From Acaryochloridaceae cyanobacterium VAR_48_metabat_390 (GTDB taxonomy: Bacteria; Cyanobacteriota; Cyanobacteriia; Thermosynechococcales; Thermosynechococcaceae), in the NCBI GenBank assembly GCA_031422435.1, contig JANPLU010000101.1:1-64000 (forward strand): a DNA stretch of 64,000 nt, given 5' to 3'. The notes below the pieces were generated by a model. That model was given only the letters and a program-made list of their open reading frames with translations, had not been told where the DNA came from and ran no database searches. Positions 51,700-62,660 of the stretch are shown here, one piece after another. Numbering within the stretch: the stretch's first letter is position 1; each line of letters begins with the position of its first letter. The position numbers and the translations under genes are program-made.

Positions 51700-51776
51700 G
51701 GCGATCACAGAAACTGGAAGTGATCCTTCGAGACTTTTCTCTATGTTTGATAAAAGGGCGATCGCAGACTTGGAAG
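51700..51776 (+). repeat. ~75-bp HIP1-containing imperfect repeat, copy 2
   Basis: GGCGATCACAGAAACTGGAAG...TATGTTTG...GGGCGATCGCAGACTTGGAA. Confidence 0.7.
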
Positions 51777-51904
51777 GCAATCCCAATTTTATCAATCAAT
51801 TTCTGAATGCTCGCTCTAAATGCGGGAATGTGGTTTCACGCTAAAGAGCTTTCCCCATGCCTGTGGCGGTAAACCGGCGTTCCTACAGGCCAGCCCGGAG
51901 ATAA

Positions 51905-53959
<2,055 letters not shown>

Positions 53960-54281
53960 TCATTTCCTAATTTACGCCATCATCCCCACCTTCATAGAAG
54001 CTTTCTGTGGTTTGGCTCATGGATGCGCTGAACTGCTTGTCAGCGTTGAACTATATCGTCTCGTGACGCAACAGAACTTTCAACACGCTAACGGCTGCTG
54101 CCATCCGAAAAAATACGGATCTTTTTGTTAGTTCTATGAATAAAAAGTAATTTTTGTTACTTATAAAATAGAAAAAACAGTATTATCCTCATTCAAAATC
54201 AGATTTTAAAAGGGCACTCTAAAAGAGAAGCTTTTCAAGAAACTCTTTTCCACCCTTTTAAGAACGCTGTTTGATTACGGT

Positions 54282-55154
54282 ATGGACTTTTTAGACACAT
54301 TTAGCGAAATACTCTCCTATCCGAGGCTAGGTGAAGATCCCTGTATAGTCCTAGGCACAGATCATGTTGAACAGCAGTATGATCACCCGACAGCAGTCGG
54401 TGTTGCTTCAATAGATTCAGAGGTCAGATTATCTATTAATTTAGAAGATCACGTCATCTTGGAGCAGTTTCAAGATTTTTATCTACTCAAAAATTCACGG
54501 TCAGCGTTATTCTCAATTTGGGCAGCAGAAGCAAAAACGCCCATTTTTAAATCAACGAATTGGTCTGCTGCATATCGCGCTTGGCTCCACTTACGGCAGA
54601 CCCAAAAACCAGGGTATTCTCATACAGCGCAGAATGTTCAATCCTGTGATGCGCTGCACGATTGGGTGCATCATCACCAAGAGGATCCTTGGTTTGGGCA
54701 GCTCATGTACAGCCGCGACCTTACCTTAGGGGGTGTCCTGCAATATTCTGTGCAAATCTCTGAGGCGATCGCCCTACGATGGACAGAGGGTACAGGCGCT
54801 GAAGGCATATTAGCGATAGAAAAAGTAGGGCGTCGTCAACACCGTCCAGCAAAATGGATCGAACCCCAGCCGCAGGCAGCCATTGCCGCTGCCCTACACT
54901 GCGCCATTGATGTTTTTCATCAACGCTGGAACTATAGCCTGTATCGCTTCAATAGTGAACATTGGGCAAAGCTCATGGTGACGGGGCAATGTAGCTGTGA
55001 CCAAACCGATGAAATTTTAGACTACTGGCGACAAACGGCGACTTCTGAAGAATTTGGGTCAGCATTGCCAGAGGTCTTAACGCTTAACCTTGAGGCGCAA
55101 AGCATTCTGAACACAGCGCTTGTCTCTACGACACCTAAACCCTTTACGCCTTAA
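54282..55154 (+). CDS. Hypothetical protein with a degenerate C-terminal LRAT/NC-like domain
   Basis: WNYSLYRFNSEHWAKLMVTG..SCDQ resembles the LRAT Y-x-L-x-x-N-C-E-H-F-A...TG motif with Cys replaced by Ser. Confidence 0.65.
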   Translation: MDFLDTFSEILSYPRLGEDPCIVLGTDHVEQQYDHPTAVGVASIDSEVRLSINLEDHVILEQFQDFYLLKNSRSALFSIWAAEAKTPIFKSTNWSAAYRAWLHLRQTQKPGYSHTAQNVQSCDALHDWVHHHQEDPWFGQLMYSRDLTLGGVLQYSVQISEAIALRWTEGTGAEGILAIEKVGRRQHRPAKWIEPQPQAAIAAALHCAIDVFHQRWNYSLYRFNSEHWAKLMVTGQCSCDQTDEILDYWRQTATSEEFGSALPEVLTLNLEAQSILNTALVSTTPKPFTP

Positions 55155-55175
55155 GGAATTTTTCTACACTTCGCC

Positions 55176-55212
55176 AAAAAAATGGGTTCCAGACCTGAAC
55201 ATCTGGAACCCA
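55176..55212 (-). terminator. Intrinsic terminator of the minus-strand sRNA
   Basis: TGGGTTCCAGA (55183-93)/TCTGGAACCCA (55202-12) with A7 on its left, i.e. a U-tract on the minus strand. Confidence 0.85.
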
Positions 55213-55251
55213 CCTGCCGATTCTTTAAGAGAGGAGAACAATATCTCTTAT
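55176..55251 (-). ncRNA. isaR1: IsaR1-like iron-stress sRNA
   Basis: Own promoter, UGUUCUCCUCUCUUAAAGAAUCGGCAG anti-SD-like 5' part, terminator with U-tract, Fur-like box, divergent from upp as recalled for IsaR1 loci. Confidence 0.78.
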
Positions 55252-55257
55252 AAAAGC

Positions 55258-55290
55258 ATCATAGCTTTATTGATAAAAACTGTCAATAAA
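55258..55290 (-). promoter_or_regulatory. Sigma70 promoter (TTGACA-17-TATGAT) overlapped by a Fur-box-like palindrome
   Basis: -35 at 55286-55281, -10 at 55263-55258; palindrome TTTATTGA-N9-TCAATAAA at 55266-55290. Confidence 0.8.
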
Positions 55291-55373
55291 AGATAGCCCC
55301 ATTTCTACGCCTAGGCCACAGCGTATGATAAATATAAGGCTCAGCATTCTTGAAGTAGGCTTTCGGATTACCC

Positions 55374-56027
55374 ATGGCTTTACAGTTGCGGATTTATGTC
55401 CCACCCCACCCGCTCATTAAGCATTGGCTGGCGATCGCCCGCGATAAAAACACCCCAGGCGTTATGTTTCGGGCAGCATTGAAAGAGTTAGGCTACTGGC
55501 TAACCTACGAAGCTATGCGGGGCGACTGGATTCCTACCGAAGATGTCATGGTTGAAACGCCTTTAGGACCTACGCCCGCAACGCTCGTTTCGCCGACGGT
55601 ACCCATTGCGTTAGTGCCCATATTACGCGCAGGTTTAACTCTATTGGATGGCGCACAGGCGGTGATGCCGCGTGCCTCGACCTATCATTTGGGGCTAGTT
55701 CGCAACGAAGAAACTCTACAGCCAACCTGCTATCTCAATAAGCTGCCGGAAGCACTAGACCCTCAAACGCGGATTCTAATCTGTGAGCCAATGCTGGCAA
55801 CGGGCGGGTCGATCATGATGGCAATGGCAGAGTTAACCAAACGTCAGGCAGATCCCAGCCTAATTCGCGTGATTTCTGTCGTGGCAGCGCCCCCAGCCCT
55901 CAAGCAATTGGCAGAGACATACCCCACCCTCGAAATTTATGCCGCTACCATTGATGAAACGGTGAACGACCAGGGGTTTATTGTGCCAGGGCTAGGAGAT
56001 GCGGGCGATCGCGCGTTTGGCACCTAG
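55374..56027 (+). CDS. upp: Uracil phosphoribosyltransferase
   Basis: HPLIKHWL, PILRAG, PMLATGGS, IVPGLGDAGDRAFGT. Confidence 0.96.
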   Translation: MALQLRIYVPPHPLIKHWLAIARDKNTPGVMFRAALKELGYWLTYEAMRGDWIPTEDVMVETPLGPTPATLVSPTVPIALVPILRAGLTLLDGAQAVMPRASTYHLGLVRNEETLQPTCYLNKLPEALDPQTRILICEPMLATGGSIMMAMAELTKRQADPSLIRVISVVAAPPALKQLAETYPTLEIYAATIDETVNDQGFIVPGLGDAGDRAFGT

Positions 56028-56165
56028 CGTTAAACCTTGCGTCTTGGGCAAGCGGTTTTAGGCAATCTAAAGATGGGAAATCAAAAAAAAGCAAAAAGAA
56101 TAGGGCAGCGACGTAGCCTAGCCAAAATTTCTGCCCTTAAGGCGAAAGAGAGCCATTCGTCCATT

Positions 56166-56753
56166 TTGACGGAGCCGCCTGTAGATCGTGAGGCAGTGCT
56201 GACTTGGCTAGAGTCTCACGTTCCCAAAGCTCGGATTCAGCATATTTTGCGAGTTGAAGCCTATGCTGGCGAACTGGCACTTCTGCATGGCCTAGATGCA
56301 GCTCAGACCGCGCAGGCAGGCTTACTCCACGATCTCGCCAAGTATTTTTCACCAGACCGCCTTTTGGCGATGGCACAGGCCGAAGCACTGCCCATTGACG
56401 CAGTGCTAATGGCAGAACCCCGACTGCTTCATGCTGATGTAAGCGCGATTGTAGCCAGAGACGTGTTTCAGGTTCAAAATCCAGTCATTTTGGATGCGGT
56501 GCGTAACCATACCCTTGGACAGCCCAAAATGCACCTGATGAGCTGCATCGTTTTTTTGGCAGATAGTCTAGAGCCTGGTCGCGGCGATCGCGAAGAACTC
56601 AACCAGATGCGTAAAGTGTCTGAGTCTAATTTGTATAGAGGCGTATGGCAGGTCTGCGATCGCACCCTCAATCAGCTCGTGCAAAACCGGAAGCTAATCC
56701 ATCCTCGGATGGTAATGACGCGCAACTGGGCAATGCAGGCGACTAAAACTTAA
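56166..56753 (+). CDS. yqeK: HD-domain Ap4A hydrolase
   Basis: RIQHILRV, GLLHDLAK, LLHA, NHTLG, ADSLEPGR; next to rsfS; start uncertain (56073 or 56166). Confidence 0.88.
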   Translation: MTEPPVDREAVLTWLESHVPKARIQHILRVEAYAGELALLHGLDAAQTAQAGLLHDLAKYFSPDRLLAMAQAEALPIDAVLMAEPRLLHADVSAIVARDVFQVQNPVILDAVRNHTLGQPKMHLMSCIVFLADSLEPGRGDREELNQMRKVSESNLYRGVWQVCDRTLNQLVQNRKLIHPRMVMTRNWAMQATKT

Positions 56754-56828
56754 GTCGGCAAAGCTAACGTCAAAGCAATTGCGATATGCTGAGAAAATAG
56801 CAATAGCCCATCGCAGAATTTTTTAACC

Positions 56829-57260
56829 TTGATTTTAGAGTCTTCCGTTTTGACAACCGCACCCCAACCTGCTTCTAACTCAGAGCAATCTAGAACCTCA
56901 AGCCAACAGCTTGCCCTCACGCTGGCTGAGGCGGCGGATGATCGCAAAGGGGCAGATATTCTGATTCTCAATGTTCAGGATGTTTGCTATCTGACAGACT
57001 ACTTTGTGATTGTGACAGGCTTCTCACGCACGCAGGTGAGAGCATTAGCCGATTCTATGAAAAAGGCAACCGAAGAACACTGCCATCGTTCACCCACCCA
57101 CAGTGAAGGCCAGTCAGAATCTAACTGGATTGTGCTGGACTACGGAGATGCGATCGCCCACATCATGATGCCAGAGGCTCGAGAGTTTTATAGCCTAGAG
57201 GCCTTTTGGGGTCACGCAGAACGCATTTCTTTTCCGCTGCCGCCAGATGCTTCACTTTAG
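56829..57260 (+). CDS. rsfS: Ribosome silencing factor
   Basis: ADDRKGADI, DYFVIVTG, WIVLDYGD, REFYSLEAFW. Confidence 0.95.
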   Translation: MILESSVLTTAPQPASNSEQSRTSSQQLALTLAEAADDRKGADILILNVQDVCYLTDYFVIVTGFSRTQVRALADSMKKATEEHCHRSPTHSEGQSESNWIVLDYGDAIAHIMMPEAREFYSLEAFWGHAERISFPLPPDASL

Positions 57261-57398
57261 TGTTTCCCCTTAACGCACCAATTCAGCGCACCAACTTCAA
57301 GCACCAAGAGAGCGTGCCCAACAAGATAAAGCGGCACGATAGTAGACAAGCAAGTTATAATTTTTGCGAAGCACCATCGTCTTTTCGCCAGCTTAGAC

Positions 57399-57728
57399 AT
57401 GACTAACCCCCTCGTAAACGCCTTTTTTCTCGGTCGAGCCACTGCTGAGGTTCTTGCCGAAGAGCTAGAGCATGGGCTAACGGACGTAATGAGCAACGTT
57501 GGCAAATTTGATGCCGAGCAGCGTGAACGTTTGCGCCAATTTACTCAGCAGGTAATGGTGCGAGCTGAAGCGGAGTCTTCTGCGACCGCAGCCACGCAGA
57601 CCTACAGCAGCACCCACGCCAGCACCGCTAACGGTAGTGACGTTCAAGAAATTATTGATGAATTAAGGGCCGAAATTGCTCAGCTTCGCGCTGCGCTTCA
57701 AGACTATCGGCAAAAGACGGGTGCTTAG
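57399..57728 (+). CDS. Conserved cyanobacterial protein preceding the ABC1 kinase (DUF6825-like)
   Basis: AFFLGRA...GKFDAEQRE...IDELRAEIAQLR. Confidence 0.75.
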   Translation: MTNPLVNAFFLGRATAEVLAEELEHGLTDVMSNVGKFDAEQRERLRQFTQQVMVRAEAESSATAATQTYSSTHASTANGSDVQEIIDELRAEIAQLRAALQDYRQKTGA

Positions 57729-57874
57729 AAATCCTAGAAGGGCAGGTTTTGCTGAAATACCTTGCGTAGATCTAGTCCTGCCTTGACTAAACCTGCCCCT
57801 ACATTTCCATTGACCGAATCCTCAAGCTTTGATGTTTCTCCACTGTTTTGACCGTCCCTCGCTCAGGAATTTCT

Positions 57875-59596
57875 GTGTCTGCTCTTTCCTCTCCTCCGGC
57901 GCTTGCCCTTAATACCCGTAGCGCCTACCGCTGGAATCGAGAAAACTATTCTCGGCATCGACGCTTTGTCGATATCTGGACGTTTGTCTTTCAGTTTCTG
58001 ACGGCTCGCTGGCTCATGAATAAGCCTTGGAGCTATCAAGGCGGCATGACTCCAGAGCGTCAGGCAGCGCGGCGGCGGGCGCAGGCCATCTGGGTGCGAG
58101 AGACGTTTTTAGAGCTAGGCCCTACCTTCATTAAGCTAGGGCAACTCTTCTCAACACGGGCAGATTTGTTTCCGGTCGAGTACGTTGAAGAGCTATCTCA
58201 GCTTCAAGATCGGGTGCCCGCGTTTAGCTATGAGCAGGTGGAGCGCACCATTACTCAAGAGTTTGGTAAAGCCATCCCAGAGTTATTTAGCAGTTTTGAC
58301 CCTATTCCTTTAGCGGCGGCTAGTTTAGGGCAAGTGCATAAAGCACAGCTCCACTCTGGTGAAGAAGTGGTGGTCAAGGTGCAGCGACCTGGCCTTAAAA
58401 AGCTGTTTGACATTGACTTAAGAATTCTCAAAGGCATTGCCCAGTATTTTCAGCGCCACCCTGATTGGGGTCCCGGTCGAGACTGGCTGGGCATTTACGA
58501 AGAGTGCTGCCGCATTCTCTATGAGGAAATTGACTACCTCAACGAGGGGCGCAACGCGGATCTGTTTCGTCGTAACTTTAGAGAGTTTGACTGGGCGAAT
58601 GTGCCCCGCGTGTTTTGGCGATATGCTTCTAAGCGTGTTTTGACCCTGGAATATATGCCAGGCATAAAAATTAGCAACTACGAAGCCCTTGAGGCGGCTG
58701 GAATTGAGCGTAAGACCGTGGCTCGGCTGGGAGCAGAAGCTTACCTACACCAGCTTTTGACGGACGGATTTTTTCATGCTGACCCGCATCCTGGCAATAT
58801 TTCAGTCAACGCAGCAGGGGAGCTAATTTTTTATGATTTTGGGATGATGGGTCAAATTCAGCCCCTCACGCGGGAGCGGCTGATGCAGACCTTTATGGGC
58901 GTTGCGCAGCGCGATGCAAACCAGGTCATGAATTCTTTGGTTGAGTTGGGGGCGCTGTCTGCTGTGCCAGACATGGGGCCTGTACGTCGGTCTATCCAGT
59001 ACATGCTGGATAACTTTATGGACAAGCCCTTTGAGAATCAGTCGATTGCTCAAATTAGCGATGATTTGTACGATGTTGCATACAATCAGCCCTTTCGGTT
59101 TCCCGCAACGTTTACCTTTGTGATGCGAGCCTTTTCTACTCTAGAGGGCGTAGGAAAAGGATTAGATCCAGATTTTAACTTTATGGAGGTTGCAAAGCCT
59201 TTTGCAGCAGAACTTATGACCAACGGCAATTTGTCAGGACGCGATGATGGGAGCGGTGGGTTACTGGGTGAACTCAGTCGTCAGGCGGCTCAGGTGGGTA
59301 GCTCTGCTTTTGGCCTACCGCGACGCTTAGAGGATACGCTTGATAAGCTCGAGCAGGGCGACATTCGAGTGCGGGTACGCTCCATTGAGACAGATCGTGC
59401 GCTGCGACGCATTAGTAACGTCAATATGGGGACGAACTACGTCCTTTTGGTTGGAACCTTTACCTTATCGGCTACTATTTTGTTGGTGAACCAATTTGTT
59501 TGGCCTGCGGCGATCGCCGCAGTAATCGCCGCAGGGTTAGGCATTGTCTTGGTGCGGCACCTGCTACGAATTGATCGCTACGAACGGATGCTTTAG
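57875..59596 (+). CDS. AarF/ABC1/UbiB family atypical kinase
   Basis: LGPTFIKLGQ, AAASLGQVH, VKVQRP, HADPHPGN, DFGMMG. Confidence 0.95.
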   Translation: MSALSSPPALALNTRSAYRWNRENYSRHRRFVDIWTFVFQFLTARWLMNKPWSYQGGMTPERQAARRRAQAIWVRETFLELGPTFIKLGQLFSTRADLFPVEYVEELSQLQDRVPAFSYEQVERTITQEFGKAIPELFSSFDPIPLAAASLGQVHKAQLHSGEEVVVKVQRPGLKKLFDIDLRILKGIAQYFQRHPDWGPGRDWLGIYEECCRILYEEIDYLNEGRNADLFRRNFREFDWANVPRVFWRYASKRVLTLEYMPGIKISNYEALEAAGIERKTVARLGAEAYLHQLLTDGFFHADPHPGNISVNAAGELIFYDFGMMGQIQPLTRERLMQTFMGVAQRDANQVMNSLVELGALSAVPDMGPVRRSIQYMLDNFMDKPFENQSIAQISDDLYDVAYNQPFRFPATFTFVMRAFSTLEGVGKGLDPDFNFMEVAKPFAAELMTNGNLSGRDDGSGGLLGELSRQAAQVGSSAFGLPRRLEDTLDKLEQGDIRVRVRSIETDRALRRISNVNMGTNYVLLVGTFTLSATILLVNQFVWPAAIAAVIAAGLGIVLVRHLLRIDRYERML

Positions 59597-59604
59597 AAGA
59601 ACGC

Positions 59605-60420
59605 ATGAAACTTCGGTTTGTTGGCTTAAGTGATCGAGGATTGGTGCGAGCCACCAATCAAGATTCCTATTGTGTGGACGATCCTCAAGGCCGATTTTTC
59701 ATTGTTGCAGATGGCATGGGAGGGCACGCAGGCGGTGAAGAAGCTTCTCGTCTGGCAACTTGCGCAATCCGAGACTTTTTAGAAAAGAACTGGCATAAAG
59801 ATTTAGAGCCTGCGACGCTACTCCGAGACGCATTTATTCAGGCCAACCGAAGTATTTTACAAAGCCAAAAGATTTCCCCAGAGCAGGGCGATATGGGCAC
59901 CACTGCTGTAGTGGTTATTTTTTCACAAGCCCACGGCCCTTGGTGCGCCCATGTCGGTGATTCTCGACTTTATCGTTTCCGCAATCAGCAGCTAGAGCAG
60001 GTTACTGAAGACCATACCTGGGTCGCCCAGGCGGTTCGAGCCAGAATCTTGACGCTGGATCAGGTTCGACTTCACCCGTGGCGACACGTCTTGTCTCAAT
60101 GCTTAGGCCGTCAGGAACTGAACCAAATTGACGTACAGCCCATTGACCTAAGCAGCGGCGATGTACTGCTGCTGTGCAGTGATGGTTTAACAGAAGAAGT
60201 GACGGATGAGGCGATCGCCCAAATGCTGCGACTGAAGACAGGCCTTTCCTGTAATGAAGCCGCAGGTTCTCTTATTTCTGAAGCAAAAATCAACGGCGGA
60301 CAGGACAACATTACGGTCGTACTGGTTGCAGTGGACGAAATTCAGCCGGTTCTGAATGAACAGCAGACGGTGCCCGATCTCCGGAATCAGGCAGAGGCAA
60401 TACAGACGCTAGAAAGCTAA
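59605..60420 (+). CDS. PP2C (Stp1/PphA-type) Ser/Thr phosphatase
   Basis: NQD, VADGMGGH, MGTT, HVGDSR, CSDGL, GQDNIT. Confidence 0.93.
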   Translation: MKLRFVGLSDRGLVRATNQDSYCVDDPQGRFFIVADGMGGHAGGEEASRLATCAIRDFLEKNWHKDLEPATLLRDAFIQANRSILQSQKISPEQGDMGTTAVVVIFSQAHGPWCAHVGDSRLYRFRNQQLEQVTEDHTWVAQAVRARILTLDQVRLHPWRHVLSQCLGRQELNQIDVQPIDLSSGDVLLLCSDGLTEEVTDEAIAQMLRLKTGLSCNEAAGSLISEAKINGGQDNITVVLVAVDEIQPVLNEQQTVPDLRNQAEAIQTLES

Positions 60421-60490
60421 TGTCGCCTATATTTCTTATCAAATGAGTTTTTAGGCACTTGAGCTATGTTTTGATTTACACGTCGTAAGT

Positions 60491-61810
60491 CTAGAATTTC
60501 GTCAGGAATTTTAAAATAAGCTTTCTGTATATTGAGATTGGCGCAAGGGACGCTCTTTGGTCTTCGTCGGCTGGCTCAACATAGCGGACTAAAGCTTTCC
60601 ATCGTTGTTCAATTGCCGCCTGCCAGTCATCCAGTACCTGTAACGTATTAGTCTGTGAGAGAACAAACTCCTCACTCAACTGGGCTTGAAGGTATTCTTT
60701 AACCCGTTCAGCCTGTGGGCTAAGCCGCTGAAGCGTTTGGAGCATTGGGTTTTTGGCTACCGTAGGCACCGCTGCAAACACATCCACCCCAAGCGCTTTT
60801 GTACGCTCACACCAGTAACATTGCCCATGAGCAACGCTGAAAACGTGAGTGTTCACCTTCTGGCAGCGCTTAAGATCGGCGATCGCCACCTTAAATGCCT
60901 GCACCCATTCAGAAGCCATTGGGCGCAATGCCGGATTGAGGTGCCCGTCATTGAAACAGCGTAGAAAACAGTCCTGTAACGCCGGATGCACAATGGTAAG
61001 CGGCACGGTCAATTGACTAACCTTAATCGGGCTACGAGCTGCATAGGGCCACCATCCTTGACGTACTAACTCATTGGGGTCAGGGGAATCTCCTGAACCC
61101 GTCCATTTCCCCTTAAAGGGATGATCGCTAAACAGCAGTAAGTAACAAATCACGCCCAATCGAAAGCGATCATGTACTTCAGTTTGCTCAAGAGTTGTCA
61201 AGTCCTGATCCATTAACTCCGCAGGCGTAAACCCTTCAGAACCCACCGGACAGCGATAAAGTTGACCCGTCTTAGGGTGACACACCTGAAACGAGTCCGT
61301 ATCAATAATGGAAGGCAAGGCACCATCATCCACCAAAATATTTTGGGGTTTCAGGTCGCCCAGCACATACCCCGCACTGTGAATCGCCCAAACCAATGAG
61401 GCAATATTCATCGCCGTCGCGTGGAGATATAGCCAGTTAAACTCAGGGCGCACAGCCTGCCGCCGCTGAGGATTGTAAACCTCTAGCAGATCGACTGCCT
61501 TAGCCACCTCAGGCATTAAAAAACCGATGGGTGCCCCTGTCTGATCTTGAAGTAATGCGGTAGGCCAAGCAAAAGAAATATGGTTTATGTGAGCGTTAGG
61601 ATCCTTCGGTGGATGAGCAATCATCACCTCCAGCTTTTGAATGCGTTCTGGACGCGGCGCGTAATAGATTTTTGCAAGAGAGCCAGACTGATTGGTGCGC
61701 CAGATTTCTCCTTCCCCGCTGCTGGCAAGTTGCTGCACTAAGACAATGGACTGTCCTGTGCTCATACAGTTTAGAGAATGAGGGCTTTCAACCTGCATTG
61801 ATTTCAACAT
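60491..61810 (-). CDS. TerY-P-associated protein kinase (YegI-like)
   Basis: SSGEGEIW, AKIY, AWP, GDLKPQNILV, IDTDSFQ, PF.G, C..H...CYWC; start 61810 or 61798. Confidence 0.88.
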   Translation of the reverse strand: MLKSMQVESPHSLNCMSTGQSIVLVQQLASSGEGEIWRTNQSGSLAKIYYAPRPERIQKLEVMIAHPPKDPNAHINHISFAWPTALLQDQTGAPIGFLMPEVAKAVDLLEVYNPQRRQAVRPEFNWLYLHATAMNIASLVWAIHSAGYVLGDLKPQNILVDDGALPSIIDTDSFQVCHPKTGQLYRCPVGSEGFTPAELMDQDLTTLEQTEVHDRFRLGVICYLLLFSDHPFKGKWTGSGDSPDPNELVRQGWWPYAARSPIKVSQLTVPLTIVHPALQDCFLRCFNDGHLNPALRPMASEWVQAFKVAIADLKRCQKVNTHVFSVAHGQCYWCERTKALGVDVFAAVPTVAKNPMLQTLQRLSPQAERVKEYLQAQLSEEFVLSQTNTLQVLDDWQAAIEQRWKALVRYVEPADEDQRASLAPISIYRKLILKFLTKF

Positions 61811-61847
61811 GCCTTAAATTGAAAAAATTGTAGATTAAATTTCACGC

Positions 61848-62639
61848 TTACTTGGTTTCAAAGCGGCAAAGCAAAAGGGTTTTGTCATCATCCGTTTGCT
61901 TATTTAAATACTCAGACTCCAGAAACTCCATGATGTAAGCATCTTCTTGTTCAGGTATCGGCGTTTCGGCTAGATATTCTTCTAGAGGCTTGAAAAATGC
62001 CCCATGAGGCTTCCACTGAGGGAGGTGCATTGCCAATCGTTCAAAGGCATCAGTAGCGGCACAGATAAATTGAGGCGTTTCTGAAATCACCTTAACCTGA
62101 AGGTCGCTGTGGGCATTAGATGACGTTACAAAAGTGGTCTGGTTCACAAATTCGCCCTTGTCAGGCGTAAACATCAGCTCATAGGCCTGAGAAGGGGTAC
62201 TAACGACCATAAATCCGTCGCCAATCTGCATTGCCGCAAACCAGTGGGGGGTCGCAACAAAGGCTAAGAGCGTACAGGCTAAGGTGTCAAGTTCATAACC
62301 ATTTTGGGTGGCCTGCTGCTGTAGCTCATTTCTAACTGCGGTTAAGGTGCGCTCAAACAGTCGCTGGGTCTGCGCTTGAGAAGGAGACTGCGCTACAGTA
62401 GGCCATTGTGGATTTTGGGTAGGCTGAAGCCAGGTTTCTAAATGAGAGAGATAATCTAAGGTGCTTTTGACCGCGATGGCTGCGCCCATTTCGCTATGGG
62501 ATGCACTGCCAGCCCCATCTGCGATCGCCCCAATTACCACTTCCCCGAAGCTACGATGCCCCCCTGCATCTTGGCAGGGCAGATTATGCCGTTGATGACG
62601 TGTCCCAATTACAGAACGACTGAGCGATCGCCAAGCCAT
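61848..62639 (-). CDS. TerY-P-associated PP2C-like phosphatase (YegK-like)
   Basis: SVIGTRH...PCQD, ADGAGSA, IGDG, GEFVNQT, TDDDKT. Confidence 0.9.
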   Translation of the reverse strand: MAWRSLSRSVIGTRHQRHNLPCQDAGGHRSFGEVVIGAIADGAGSASHSEMGAAIAVKSTLDYLSHLETWLQPTQNPQWPTVAQSPSQAQTQRLFERTLTAVRNELQQQATQNGYELDTLACTLLAFVATPHWFAAMQIGDGFMVVSTPSQAYELMFTPDKGEFVNQTTFVTSSNAHSDLQVKVISETPQFICAATDAFERLAMHLPQWKPHGAFFKPLEEYLAETPIPEQEDAYIMEFLESEYLNKQTDDDKTLLLCRFETK

Positions 62640-62660
62640 ATAAAATCCCCCAAAACTAAG

